A DNA stretch of 64,000 bases from Candidatus Adlerbacteria bacterium. GTDB lineage: Bacteria; Patescibacteriota; Minisyncoccia; Phycocordibacterales; SBAW01. Below the pieces are notes generated by a model. That model had not been told where the DNA came from and did no database searches. It worked only from the letters and a program-made list of their open reading frames with translations. Shown here one piece after another: positions 1 to 10,190 of this stretch (positions within the stretch are counted from its first letter, which is position 1; every line of letters begins with the position of its first letter). The position numbers and the translations under genes were made by a program. The stretch spans positions 155,380 through 219,379 of the forward strand of contig CAVVLG010000003.1 in the NCBI GenBank assembly GCA_963749085.1. The letters run 5' to 3'.

Positions 1-12
1 TGCGGACGACAA

Positions 13-450
13 ATGGCGGTATTCGATTCATTCGAGGGAATGCCCGAGAACAGCGAAACGCACGGCAAGAGTATTTTCGGGAGAGAACACCACTTCCCCA
101 AAGGAAGCCATGCGGTTTCACAAGAGGAGGTAGAGCGCAATGTCCGGCATTATGGCGATATCAGCCGCTGCAAATTCTATAAAGGATTTTTCAGCGAGAC
201 GATGCCACACTTTAAAGAGAGGACTGCACTCGCCTGTATCAATGCCGACTTGGTGCAGTCGACCAAAGATTGTCTTCATTATCTATACCCTTTGATGCAA
301 AAAGATGGCGTCATTTATTCGCAAGATGCACACTTTCCTTGGATCATAGAGTTGCTACGAAACAATAATTTTTGGAAATACGATATCGGTGTGAACAAAC
401 CAAGAATGGAAAACCTCGGTTCCTCAAAATTGGTCGCTATCTTGCCCTAA
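13..450 (+). CDS. TylF/MycF-family O-methyltransferase, C-terminal part (starts before window)
   Basis: FDSFEG, KGFFSET and INADL..ST motifs. Confidence 0.75.
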   Translation: MAVFDSFEGMPENSETHGKSIFGREHHFPKGSHAVSQEEVERNVRHYGDISRCKFYKGFFSETMPHFKERTALACINADLVQSTKDCLHYLYPLMQKDGVIYSQDAHFPWIIELLRNNNFWKYDIGVNKPRMENLGSSKLVAILP

Positions 451-460
451 AAAATAAACC

Positions 461-1020
461 ACTCCGGACTGAAAGTCCGGAGTATTCTTTTGTGGTCGTT
501 GGGGTCTGCTGGTTCGGATGGAATCCGAACCTCTCTACTGGTCCAGCATGATGAACGTACGGTCTTCGTCTTGTTCCCGCTTGCCCTGTTCGGCGATGTA
601 GTCCCTGACGGTCTTCTCCGTGACACTGCCGGAGGTTGAAACGAAGTAGCCTATCTGCCAGAAGTGCTGTCCCCAGAATGTTTTTCTGAGCTGGGGGAAC
701 TCCAACTGCAGTTTGCGGGAGCTTTCCCCTTTGAGATGTTGGACGATGCGTGACACGGCTATGTACGGTGGTATTTCGAGCATGAGATGCACATGGTCGG
801 CTCCGATGGCTCCTTTGAGTATGGTGACCTTCTCCCCGCTGAGGATCTGGCGGATGATCTCGCGCAGTCGGTATCCAATATCGCCTTGCAGTACCTTCTT
901 GCGGTACTTGGTGATCCAGACGATGTGGTAGAGGCAGGAGTAGGTGGTGTGCGAGGTATGGCGATATTGGCCGCCCATATGCATCTCATCATACTAAAGT
1001 CTCGGACTAAAGTCCGGAGT
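461..1020 (-). mobile_element. IS200-type element (tnpA only)
   Basis: Subterminal hairpins ACTCCGGACT-GAA-AGTCCGGAGT (461-483) and CTCGGACT-AA-AGTCCGGAG (1001-1019) flank a Y1 transposase. Confidence 0.85.
535..984 (-). CDS. tnpA: IS200/IS605 Y1 transposase
   Basis: YHIVWITKYR, HUH motif DHVHL, catalytic Tyr in VRDYI. Confidence 0.95.
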   Translation of the reverse strand: MHMGGQYRHTSHTTYSCLYHIVWITKYRKKVLQGDIGYRLREIIRQILSGEKVTILKGAIGADHVHLMLEIPPYIAVSRIVQHLKGESSRKLQLEFPQLRKTFWGQHFWQIGYFVSTSGSVTEKTVRDYIAEQGKREQDEDRTFIMLDQ

Positions 1021-1089
1021 TTTCCTCTCTAAGAAGAATAAATACGCTCGGCTGCATACAGCCGAGCGTGAGTCTTCACCGACCCGAAT

Positions 1090-2145
1090 TCAGTTGGGCA
1101 GAGAGATACCATGATATTCGTAATCTTTGCGATACGGTTCGTACGTATCAGGAGCGGGGAACGCCATGATAACCTCCCCCGCTTCATTGCGCACGAGATC
1201 AAGGTCGTCCATGAACTCCAGGGAGCGAGCGCCGAGCAATGTACCCGCAAGGGCAAAGCCCGTGCTCTCCCCGGCACTGATCCTTCTCTCGGGATCATTG
1301 GGGTGTTGTCGCCAGAGAGTCGCGCTGAACTTGAGTGAAGTCGACAAACCGATGTAGTTCACGTCATCGGCGAAAGTGCGCCAGGGCAAACCGGGCCTTC
1401 CCTCGAGCGGGTTGAGCTGGAGTCCTATTTCCGTGCGCACCCCGCCGACCGAATCGCCAAGCTTGACGGCAACGGCGATACAATGCAGTCGTTTGGGGAG
1501 CGTCCGGTCTTTGAACACTCTCCGCATCTCCTCCACACTACCGGCAAACGTCCCACCGCTTCCGACGCCGCCGCCCCAGATACCGAGGTCCGGTAATTGG
1601 TGCGCAACATGAGCCCCTATTTTTTTGTAAATGGCGGAGTTGTCGGTATTCCAGTATTGCCGCGTATATAAGTAGCCATGTACACGAGCAAGTGCTTCTG
1701 CCAGCTTCATCGCCTCGGCTGCATTGTCGGCAAATTCAAGTTCGATGCACTTATGCGCGCGTAATCGGGCTTGTTTCCCCGGCTGCAGCGAACGCGGTAT
1801 AACCGCGATTACACGTTTGATCGGGAAAGTGGGGTCTCGCTCAAGCAGTTGATCAAGAATTTTTGCCAACCCCTCTCCGAAATTTCCAGAGGTGCTTTCG
1901 ATTATAGTATCCGTCTTGAGATGTTCGCCACGTTCGATGGCCCGCGCAATGATATTACCTGCCGGCCATATCTTGATGTTCCCGGCTTCGTTTTCGTAGC
2001 CGATAACAGCAAAGAGACGAATCTTATTCTCGAGGCAAAAATCAGCCCATTGCTTCGGAAGCACCCGCGGATCAACCTCGACGATACGGGGCAGAGGACG
2101 GGCGGCATTGAGGTCGTACCAGTACTGGGGTAGAGGTACATTCAT
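1090..2145 (-). CDS. Cysteine synthase-like PLP-dependent enzyme (fold type II), divergent
   Basis: AGNIK (PLP Lys), ESTSGN, GVGSGGT. Confidence 0.75.
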   Translation of the reverse strand: MNVPLPQYWYDLNAARPLPRIVEVDPRVLPKQWADFCLENKIRLFAVIGYENEAGNIKIWPAGNIIARAIERGEHLKTDTIIESTSGNFGEGLAKILDQLLERDPTFPIKRVIAVIPRSLQPGKQARLRAHKCIELEFADNAAEAMKLAEALARVHGYLYTRQYWNTDNSAIYKKIGAHVAHQLPDLGIWGGGVGSGGTFAGSVEEMRRVFKDRTLPKRLHCIAVAVKLGDSVGGVRTEIGLQLNPLEGRPGLPWRTFADDVNYIGLSTSLKFSATLWRQHPNDPERRISAGESTGFALAGTLLGARSLEFMDDLDLVRNEAGEVIMAFPAPDTYEPYRKDYEYHGISLPN

Positions 2146-2230
2146 ATCCCATCTCCTGTGATTTCTGAAGGTTCGTGCTTACGAGAGTATGTCATAAAAA
2201 TTTGGGCATCACAAGTTTTTCGGCACAAAA

Positions 2231-3574
2231 CTATTTCGGTATCGGCGGAAGATACGACAAAGGATTTAAATATGCGGGCAACGTTGCTACCGGCATCGTG
2301 TAAATTTTTCCGTAGCATATGGGTCTCGGATTGGTGGTCGGCCACGATTTTATTTCCGAGCCTTGGGTGGCATAGACGCCGAAGTGCAAGTGCGGCCCCG
2401 TGGCGTAGCCAGTAGTGTCGGAATAAGCGATAAGTTGGTCCGTCGAGACCTGCTGTCCCGTCGTAACGAGAATGGTCGAGAGGTGCGCGTACATGGTCGA
2501 GAGCCCGTCGTCGTGCTGGATAAATATCCATTTGCCGAACGACGCCTGTGGGCACGTAAGATCGGTGTTGCCGGTGCCGACGACAACGCCCGCCCGCGCG
2601 GCGTGTATCGGTGTGCCCGGAGGAACACCGATATCTATGCCGTCATGGCCGTGACCGTTATATATGGAAGGATTCTGAGTCGCGAACGGAGTATTGCCGA
2701 AATATTGCGTGATGGTGAGCGTACTTTCATCTATAGGCCACTGCAGCGGGTCGCTACCACTCAGCGGCAGTGATCCAGCCTGGACCGTGAGATCCAAATT
2801 CGCGCCGTTGTTTAAGAGTTCAGTTTCAAATTGAGCCTCCTGTGCCTGTTTCTGTGCAATTTCCGCCTCATAATCGGACTCTTTATCCTGCGTCTGGGAC
2901 AGCAATTGGCTTTGCGACGTGCGCGCTATCGAAAGACCGGTTTTTTGCTCGTTGAGATTTTGCTGGTAGGTGATAAGCTGTGAACGCTTTTGTTGTGCCG
3001 CGGACTCATTCGTTTGTAAGGTGTTCTTAAGCGTCCCCAGCGCTACTATCTTTGCTTCCAAGTCGCTGCGCAAAGACGCGAGCGTGGAGGCATCGTTAAA
3101 AAAGGAAGAGAGCGAGCCGCTGCCCAAGAGCACGTCGATGAGCGGCTCTTGGTCGAGAATCTCCAATTGCTGCAGCGAATCGGCTACTTCCCCTTGCATA
3201 GCGATTATTTGCGCGGACGTGGTGGAAATTGTGACGCCGAGCTGAGTGATTTGCGTATTGCTTTGCGATATCTGCGCTTGCGTCAGCGTAATGCCTTTTT
3301 GGAGCTTCTCGATATCGAGGTTGAGAACCTTGATGGCATTCTGGAGGGTCAGTTTTTGCGTAGTCGTGTCATTAAGCTGCGACTGTAGCTGTGCTATTTC
3401 GTTCTGGAGTTCGGTTATCTGCGCGTTTGTCGCATCAATCTGGCTTTGTGTAGTGGCATCCGTCGAGGTTGATGCCAAAGTCGCGGGGCCTATGACTTGT
3501 GCATTGGAAAACGATAAGGGAACGCACAATGCCGCGCCGGCGCACAGGAGGAAAAGAGTGATACGAAGGCGCAT
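2231..3574 (-). CDS. M23 peptidase with N-terminal coiled coil
   Basis: Signal peptide, coiled coil, HDGID and GPHLHF. Confidence 0.9.
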   Translation of the reverse strand: MRLRITLFLLCAGAALCVPLSFSNAQVIGPATLASTSTDATTQSQIDATNAQITELQNEIAQLQSQLNDTTTQKLTLQNAIKVLNLDIEKLQKGITLTQAQISQSNTQITQLGVTISTTSAQIIAMQGEVADSLQQLEILDQEPLIDVLLGSGSLSSFFNDASTLASLRSDLEAKIVALGTLKNTLQTNESAAQQKRSQLITYQQNLNEQKTGLSIARTSQSQLLSQTQDKESDYEAEIAQKQAQEAQFETELLNNGANLDLTVQAGSLPLSGSDPLQWPIDESTLTITQYFGNTPFATQNPSIYNGHGHDGIDIGVPPGTPIHAARAGVVVGTGNTDLTCPQASFGKWIFIQHDDGLSTMYAHLSTILVTTGQQVSTDQLIAYSDTTGYATGPHLHFGVYATQGSEIKSWPTTNPRPICYGKIYTMPVATLPAYLNPLSYLPPIPK

Positions 3575-3589
3575 TCGCCCATTTTACTT

Positions 3590-4726
3590 TTATTTTATGG
3601 CTTTGGCGACCGCCTGTGCCACTCCTATCTCAAAAGGTCCGGGGATTATCTTCTGCGCCGTGGGGTGTTTTACCAGCGCAGCTAAGTTTTTTGCCGCTTT
3701 TAATTTCATCTCATCGGTTATTTTTGAAACGCGATTGTCTAGCGCCCCGCGAAATACCCCGGGAAAGACAAGGGAGTTGTTTATTTGGTTTGGATAGTCG
3801 CTTCGTCCGGTGCCCACGACGAACGCTCCTCCCTTGTTCGCCTCCTCCGGCATGATTTCGGGAGTGGGATTTGCCATTGCGAACACTATCGCCTTTTTTG
3901 CCATGAGTTTGATGTCTCCCGCCACGGCGAGATGGGGGCCGGAGACTCCGATAAGCACATCGGAACCTTCCAGCGCTTCGCGTAAACTGCCGGAAACTTT
4001 CCTTGGATTTGTGCTTCTCGCCAATTCCTTTTTATGTTTCTCTTCTCTTCCTTCATGGATGATCCCCCTGCTGTCAAGCACGATAATATCTCTCACCCCT
4101 GCCTTCAGAAGCAACTTGGCGACCGCAGTGCCCGCCGCCCCTGCGCCGGATATGACCACTCGCAACTTTTTGAAATCTTTTTTGACCACCTTGGCCGCGT
4201 TGATGAGCGCTGCCAACACTGCAATGGCAGTGCCATGCTGATCATCGTGCATTACCGGGATGTCGAGTCGTGTTTTTATTCTGTCTTCGATGTCAAAACA
4301 TCCTGGTGCCTTGAAATCTTCGAGATTAATGCCGCCGAATGCGGGCGCGATGCGGCACACCGTTTCGACTATGTCATCGACGTTCTGCGTATCCAGCGTT
4401 ATTGGAAAGGCATCGACATTCGCAAAGGATTTAAACAGCGCGGCCTTCCCTTCCATGACTGGGAGCGCCCCGAAAGGCCCTATATTGCCGAGACCCAACA
4501 CTGCGGAGCCGTCGGAGATAACGGCTATCATTCTTCCCTTTATCGTATAGTCGCGAGCCTCTTTGGGATGTTTCGCGACGTAGGAGGAAACTGCTGCAAC
4601 GCCGGGGGTGTATATGAGGGAAAGTTCGTTCCTGTTTTTGACCAGCATCGCGGGGGCGATGCGAATTTTACCTTTGAGTTTTCTGTGGAGTGCGAGGGCT
4701 TTCTGTGAGATATCTTTTTTAGCCAT
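3590..4726 (-). CDS. NAD(P)-dependent malic enzyme
   Basis: YTPGVA, DGSAVLGLG, HDDQHGT, GAGAAG, TGRSDYPNQ. Confidence 0.95.
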   Translation of the reverse strand: MAKKDISQKALALHRKLKGKIRIAPAMLVKNRNELSLIYTPGVAAVSSYVAKHPKEARDYTIKGRMIAVISDGSAVLGLGNIGPFGALPVMEGKAALFKSFANVDAFPITLDTQNVDDIVETVCRIAPAFGGINLEDFKAPGCFDIEDRIKTRLDIPVMHDDQHGTAIAVLAALINAAKVVKKDFKKLRVVISGAGAAGTAVAKLLLKAGVRDIIVLDSRGIIHEGREEKHKKELARSTNPRKVSGSLREALEGSDVLIGVSGPHLAVAGDIKLMAKKAIVFAMANPTPEIMPEEANKGGAFVVGTGRSDYPNQINNSLVFPGVFRGALDNRVSKITDEMKLKAAKNLAALVKHPTAQKIIPGPFEIGVAQAVAKAIK

Positions 4727-5217
4727 TGGGACAGTATAACAAAAGGTGGTATATAAAGAATGGATATGTCTTTCGAAGGAACGTTACCGTGCTGACCATC
4801 CTATACACATTATCCGTGGCGCTGATGTGGACTATAGCTGGGCCAACATCAAAATACGTTATCGAAATGCCGTATCAGCTCTATCAAGCCTGCGACACAC
4901 AGGAGGCGGCGAGCAAGGAAATAGCGGCCGATAAAAAATCTCTGGGAAAATACGCAGGTCGTTTCCAATATTATGCATCTGGGGGTGAATTTAAAGATGT
5001 AACGCTACCGGAACTTCCTCCGGTCAAAGGATGTGCTTTGGTTCCGATGAACGGAATGGCCCTAAAAGTCCTCGATGGCACGGAGACGCATCTGCCAAGC
5101 GGTATCATCTATCAGATCATGGTGGTTGATGCCATTACGTCTGACACAGTGCATGTAGGTCTTCTGATGCACAGAAAAGTCATCCTGCGCGAACGCTTGT
5201 TCGCATGGGACATCTAA
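4726..5217 (+). CDS. Hypothetical protein with N-terminal hydrophobic segment
   Basis: Intergenic ORF followed by a terminator hairpin at 5222-5250. Confidence 0.55.
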   Translation: MGQYNKRWYIKNGYVFRRNVTVLTILYTLSVALMWTIAGPTSKYVIEMPYQLYQACDTQEAASKEIAADKKSLGKYAGRFQYYASGGEFKDVTLPELPPVKGCALVPMNGMALKVLDGTETHLPSGIIYQIMVVDAITSDTVHVGLLMHRKVILRERLFAWDI

Positions 5218-5276
5218 AGCTGCCCCGCCGGGAAGGCGGGGCTTCTTCTTAAGTGCGAGACTGGTATACTCTGCGG

Positions 5277-7445
5277 ATGCGATTAGGCGATTCTATCTCC
5301 GAACAGTTCCGCCTCATCGATGCTCAAAAAAGTGCACTCAGCAAGCTTGGCATTAAAACACTGCGCGACCTTATGTTTCACTTCCCTTCCCGCTACGAGC
5401 AAAGCGGCGACTCATCGACCATAAGCGGCTTGGTGGTAGGCATGGATGCGTCGGTGGTCGGCACGCTAGAGAAACTCGCAACAAAGAAATCATGGAAGCG
5501 CAGAATTCCAATTAGCGAGGGCTACCTGCGCGACCAAAGCGGACGCATCAAGCTTATGTGGTTCAATCAGCCCTACATTGCCAAGATGTACACGGACGGC
5601 ACGCTAGTCAAAGCCACCGGTAAAGTGAGTGGCAAGGAGCAAAGTATATATCTTGCCAATCCGGAACTCCAAAAAATATCCGCCATTGAGGCGGCGGGAC
5701 TGTTTGAAAAGGAAACGACAATAGATGCCAATACCGGTGGGGAGAAAAAGCAACTGTTCGCGCAATATCCAGAGAGTCGGGGCATCAGTTCGCTGTGGTT
5801 TCGCCACGCAATTGGAAAAATAATATCGGAAATCGACGAAGACCTTGAAGATCCCATTCCTGCGGACATTCTAAAACGCTATAACTTGCCAACACTGAAA
5901 ACCGCACTAGTATGGATTCACACGCCGCAGAAAATAAAGGACGCGGAGGCGGCGCGTAAACGCTTTGCATTCGAAGAGGTGTTTGTGATACAGCTTGAGC
6001 GCCAGCGCGAGAAAGTTCGTGAACAACGGGAGAAAAGTTTCGCCATTGACGCGCCACAAAAGCATATTGATGCATTTGTACATTCATTCCCATTCGCCGC
6101 AACGAATGCACAGAAACGCGCGATTGGAGCTATTTTGAAAGATATGCGAAGCGGCCACCCGATGTCGCGTCTCCTTGAGGGCGACGTGGGAAGCGGCAAG
6201 ACTGCCATTGCCGCGACGGCAAGTTATGCGGTAGTGCGAACGCGACCCACAGGACAAAATTTCGGAACTCTCCAAGTCGCCTATATGGCGCCGACTGAGA
6301 TCCTGGCGAAGCAGCATTTTGAGTCGTTCATAGAGTATTTTAAGGATTTTCCCATAAACATCGGGCTCATCACCGGCAGCGGATGCTATAAATTCCCCTC
6401 TAAACTTTCACGCGACAAGGCGACCACTATCTCTCGAGCACAACTCCTCAAATGGGTCTCAAACGGCGAGATACCAGTCCTCATCGGCACGCATGCGCTT
6501 ATTCAAAAGGCGGTAAAGTTTAAGCATCTTGCGCTCGTCGTTATCGATGAGCAACATCGCTTCGGCACCAACCAGCGAAAAAAATTGGCAAAAAAAGAAA
6601 TACGGTTGCCGCATTTGCTTTCAATGACCGCAACGCCAATACCGCGCACCTTGGCGCTCACGCTCTATGGTGACCTCGACTTGACACTCCTTGATGAAAT
6701 GCCACCGGGCCGCAAACCAGTCATCACCGAGCTCATAAAGTCCGACCAAAGAGAAAAAGCGTACGCAAAGATGCGGGAGGAACTTGCGGCAGGACGGCAG
6801 GCCTACGTTATATGTCCGCGCATAGACGAGCCTGAACCAGATAAAGCGTTCGCGATTCAGGCGAAGTCAGTGAAGGAAGAGGCAAAGCGGCTTAAAAAAG
6901 ATATATTTCCTGACTATGAAATTGCTGTGTTGCATTCAAAAATGACGACAAAGGAAAAAGACGACACGATGTCGCATTTCGCGAATCATGAGATAGATAT
7001 TTTGGTCGCTACGTCGGTCGTGGAAGTGGGTGTCAACGTGCCCAACGCCACGATGATATTCATCGAAGGAGCCGAGCGGTTCGGGCTGGCGCAACTCCAT
7101 CAGCTACGCGGCCGTGTAGTGCGGTCTGCTATTCAAGCGTATTGTTTCGTCTGTCCTGAGTCCAAAGGTGAGCAAACGCTCGCGCGGCTGAAAGCCCTCA
7201 TTACTGCCAAAAACGGATTCGAACTTGCCGAGCAGGACTTGATGCAGCGTGGACCAGGCGAATTGTCCGGCCGCAAACAATGGGGTATCTCTGACGTTGG
7301 TATGGAGGCTCTTAAAAATTTGAAACTTGTTGAGGCTGCACGCGCCGAAGCACTTTCATTAATAGAAAAGGACGAGGAACTTGCACAACATCCGTTACTA
7401 GCGCAGGAAGTCGCTTCTCGCACGCAAGCCCTTCATTTTGAATGA
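5277..7445 (+). CDS. recG: ATP-dependent DNA helicase RecG
   Basis: GDVGSGKT, DEQHRFG, MTATPIPRT, QLRGRV; ATG 6 nt after TGgTATACT. Confidence 0.97.
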   Translation: MRLGDSISEQFRLIDAQKSALSKLGIKTLRDLMFHFPSRYEQSGDSSTISGLVVGMDASVVGTLEKLATKKSWKRRIPISEGYLRDQSGRIKLMWFNQPYIAKMYTDGTLVKATGKVSGKEQSIYLANPELQKISAIEAAGLFEKETTIDANTGGEKKQLFAQYPESRGISSLWFRHAIGKIISEIDEDLEDPIPADILKRYNLPTLKTALVWIHTPQKIKDAEAARKRFAFEEVFVIQLERQREKVREQREKSFAIDAPQKHIDAFVHSFPFAATNAQKRAIGAILKDMRSGHPMSRLLEGDVGSGKTAIAATASYAVVRTRPTGQNFGTLQVAYMAPTEILAKQHFESFIEYFKDFPINIGLITGSGCYKFPSKLSRDKATTISRAQLLKWVSNGEIPVLIGTHALIQKAVKFKHLALVVIDEQHRFGTNQRKKLAKKEIRLPHLLSMTATPIPRTLALTLYGDLDLTLLDEMPPGRKPVITELIKSDQREKAYAKMREELAAGRQAYVICPRIDEPEPDKAFAIQAKSVKEEAKRLKKDIFPDYEIAVLHSKMTTKEKDDTMSHFANHEIDILVATSVVEVGVNVPNATMIFIEGAERFGLAQLHQLRGRVVRSAIQAYCFVCPESKGEQTLARLKALITAKNGFELAEQDLMQRGPGELSGRKQWGISDVGMEALKNLKLVEAARAEALSLIEKDEELAQHPLLAQEVASRTQALHFE

Positions 7446-7528
7446 ATTGACCGCACACTAAGTACGAGATACAATAAAGGTCTAGAAGTTCTCCCCTCGA
7501 CCTCCGGCCATTTGAAAGGAACCCAGCC

Positions 7529-8215
7529 ATGAGCCAGCGGAAATGGAAGCTTGGTGACTCATGTTGCATTGCCGATGTGAATATCGCGCAAGGTAGAATG
7601 CACTTTCGTGTTATGCCCGCGCGAGTGGTGCATATAGCGGGAGTTAACGGTAGGACTGCCACCGCGCAGTCGGTCAACCCGTTACCGAAGTTGCAGTTCG
7701 GTTATTGGGACCCTCTCACCGAAGGACGACCATTCGCGAACCGGTGGTCGGCGTTCGTGCGGGTGTGGCAGGAGATGCGAAAAAATAGCATCTCCCTCTT
7801 CACGCCTATCCGATTCGAAGGTGAAGTGCCGGAAATGAAGAATCTTCCTGCAGACATACCTGAGTTGGGGCAGGTAGTCTACGGCATCGATACTGAAACG
7901 CGCGAACTCTTTGAAGCGCAGATCGGCTATCTGCACTACGCGTATGGCAGGCTTGAAGTCGGCTACGATCAGTCGCCGAACAATCCTGAGGCCTCCAATG
8001 TCCGTATCCAGCAGTGGTGGCCGACACGGGTAGCGGCGGAGGCCTGTGTACATCAAACCCAAAAAGAGGAGTACACCTTCGTCTCTAAGGAGGAGCTGGC
8101 GATACGGACCAATGCGGCTATCGACAAGATCTGGTCGGACGCGGAGGAGCGTATCAAGAGCCCAGCATTTAAAGCTTCGATGGGTAACCTCGTCGAGTCA
8201 TTCATGCGGACGTGA
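7529..8215 (+). CDS. Hypothetical protein
   Basis: 228-aa ORF, AAGGA SD, terminator 8231-8260. Confidence 0.6.
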   Translation: MSQRKWKLGDSCCIADVNIAQGRMHFRVMPARVVHIAGVNGRTATAQSVNPLPKLQFGYWDPLTEGRPFANRWSAFVRVWQEMRKNSISLFTPIRFEGEVPEMKNLPADIPELGQVVYGIDTETRELFEAQIGYLHYAYGRLEVGYDQSPNNPEASNVRIQQWWPTRVAAEACVHQTQKEEYTFVSKEELAIRTNAAIDKIWSDAEERIKSPAFKASMGNLVESFMRT

Positions 8216-8263
8216 TTTTACTCTGCAGCCCGCGGCGCGAAAGTGCCGCGTTTTTCTTTCATG

Positions 8264-8337
8264 TGGGCGCGGAGGGACTCGAACCCCCAACCCCGGATGT
8301 ATAAGATCCGTGCACTAACCAATTGTGCTACGCGCCC
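8264..8337 (-). tRNA. tRNA-Ile, anticodon UAU
   Basis: Cloverleaf: GGGCGCG acceptor stem, anticodon arm CGGAT-CTTATAC-ATCCG, GGTTCGAGTCC T-arm; CCA not encoded. Confidence 0.9.
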
Positions 8338-8374
8338 AACATTACTGTACTTACAAAAAGACGCTTTGTAAATC

Positions 8375-9040
8375 TTATCCACTAGTTTTTGATTTCAAAA
8401 CCTCTATAGTCATCATTATTTTTTCGTATAAATCTCTGCTGTACACCCATATAGCACAGGTACCAAATCCAAATCGACCTTTATAATTTCTACGCTTATT
8501 GCTTTGCGACTTTTTAATATACGTATTACGAAAAGTAGAGACGGGAAGTTTAAGTTCACTCGCCCAAAATTTCAATTGTTTTTTGGTATTCATGTCAGAA
8601 TAAAGATGGAGACGGGCATGTAACTTATTCTTATCTACGCCAAACAACTTAAGCCATTTAATGAAAAATCTGAGCATTGCTGGGTCGGTATTGGCAAGTA
8701 GTACTGTACTGCGATCAACTTTCATTCCCTCTGCCCAATAGAGAAAGAAACCCACCAGAAGAAATTCCCGTTTTGAAATAGTACCAATCTTTTCAAGAGC
8801 TTCATTAAAGACTACTTGTCTGCGTATTACCTTCTTACGCCGAAATGATTCTCTAAATTTTTCAATCCGTTGAGCACTGTTATCACGCAATGCTCTGATT
8901 CTGTCCTCACTGAGCGGATAATTGACTAACCAATAATGAAGAGTACTTTTACTAATATTCAATTCTTCCTTTATCTGACTATAACTATAGCCCTTGAGCC
9001 GCAAAGTGATTGCTTTTTCTCTTTCTTTTACACGTGCCAT
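8375..9040 (-). CDS. HTH plus LAGLIDADG-like domain protein
   Basis: N-terminal HTH (GYSYSQIKEELNISKSTL), LYWAEG helix, ANTDPAMLRFF; AT-rich. Confidence 0.6.
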   Translation of the reverse strand: MARVKEREKAITLRLKGYSYSQIKEELNISKSTLHYWLVNYPLSEDRIRALRDNSAQRIEKFRESFRRKKVIRRQVVFNEALEKIGTISKREFLLVGFFLYWAEGMKVDRSTVLLANTDPAMLRFFIKWLKLFGVDKNKLHARLHLYSDMNTKKQLKFWASELKLPVSTFRNTYIKKSQSNKRRNYKGRFGFGTCAIWVYSRDLYEKIMMTIEVLKSKTSG

Positions 9041-9157
9041 AGTATAGATTGTATTATATCATGGTTCGAATTTTCTTTGATTAATCCGATCTATTCAAAA
9101 AACTGCTCCTGTGCTAGCATGCCGTGAGTTGAGATCTTCCAACAAACGAGGAAACCA

Positions 9158-10135
9158 ATGAGTCGCAAACGTGATAGGATGGCAGTAAAGATGCCGAAGC
9201 ATTTGTTGGAGTCACAGGATGTCACTCTCGACCTCCTGTATGAAATCTTCAACAGAGCTGACAAACTTAAAAAGATGGAGCATGAGGGCAAGTTTGATAC
9301 TTGCCTTAAAAACCGATCGGTCATCTTCATACATGATCAACCGAGTAGCCGAACTATTGAATCTTACGCCGAAGCAACACTTGATCTCGGCGGGAGATAT
9401 CGTTCGGTTTTCGTGGAGAATTCTTCCATGAGGAAAGATGAATCGCTAGAGGCGACCGTTATGACCTATGGTGACATCGGTAAAGATGTCGTCATCATCC
9501 GCTACTCCGATGCCAACGCGATATATCGAGCGGCGGTACGCTCAAAGATACCGGTCATCAATGCCGGCTCGAGCAGCGACCAACATCCCTCGCAAGGGAT
9601 ACTCGATCTCAAGACCATCTTTGACCGCGAGGGGAAGTTGGAGGGTACCGCCATCGTATTCGCAGGCAACCTTGCCGAAGGCAGGGCGTCGAACTCTGCC
9701 ATCTATCAATTTTCCAGGATACGGGATGTACATCTGATATTGGCGTCACCTGAAAAATTGAAGGTAAAAGGCCCCCTGCGGTGGCATCTTCATAAGCGCG
9801 AACAGGAAGGAATCATCAAGGTCACTGAGACCAGTGACCTTCGTTGGGGGCTCAGGCAGGTCCGTTTCCTATATCAAACGCGTGATCAGAAGGAGATGTC
9901 GGAAAATCCTAAACTTCTTGCCTTGCTAAAGGATTTCTGGATCACTCGTCAAATGCTTATCGACTATCCCGATCTGGAGGTGTTGCATCCGCTTCCGCAC
10001 AACGACGAGCTTCCGACCGAACTGGAAGATCATCCGCGAGTCCTTATCCACAAACAGATGCGCAATGGCAAGTTTACTCGCCAGGCATGGCTGCAAATGC
10101 TCGCCGAGCATCATCTCGACAGGTACTCCTCCTAA
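9158..10135 (+). CDS. pyrB: Aspartate carbamoyltransferase catalytic subunit, divergent
   Basis: SSRT, INAG..HPSQ, TRDQKE, LHPLP, QMRNG. Confidence 0.8.
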   Translation: MSRKRDRMAVKMPKHLLESQDVTLDLLYEIFNRADKLKKMEHEGKFDTCLKNRSVIFIHDQPSSRTIESYAEATLDLGGRYRSVFVENSSMRKDESLEATVMTYGDIGKDVVIIRYSDANAIYRAAVRSKIPVINAGSSSDQHPSQGILDLKTIFDREGKLEGTAIVFAGNLAEGRASNSAIYQFSRIRDVHLILASPEKLKVKGPLRWHLHKREQEGIIKVTETSDLRWGLRQVRFLYQTRDQKEMSENPKLLALLKDFWITRQMLIDYPDLEVLHPLPHNDELPTELEDHPRVLIHKQMRNGKFTRQAWLQMLAEHHLDRYSS

Positions 10136-10190
10136 CCTATATCGGCCATCAGATACCCGTCCCGGATTCATTTCGGGACGGGTTCTTTTT

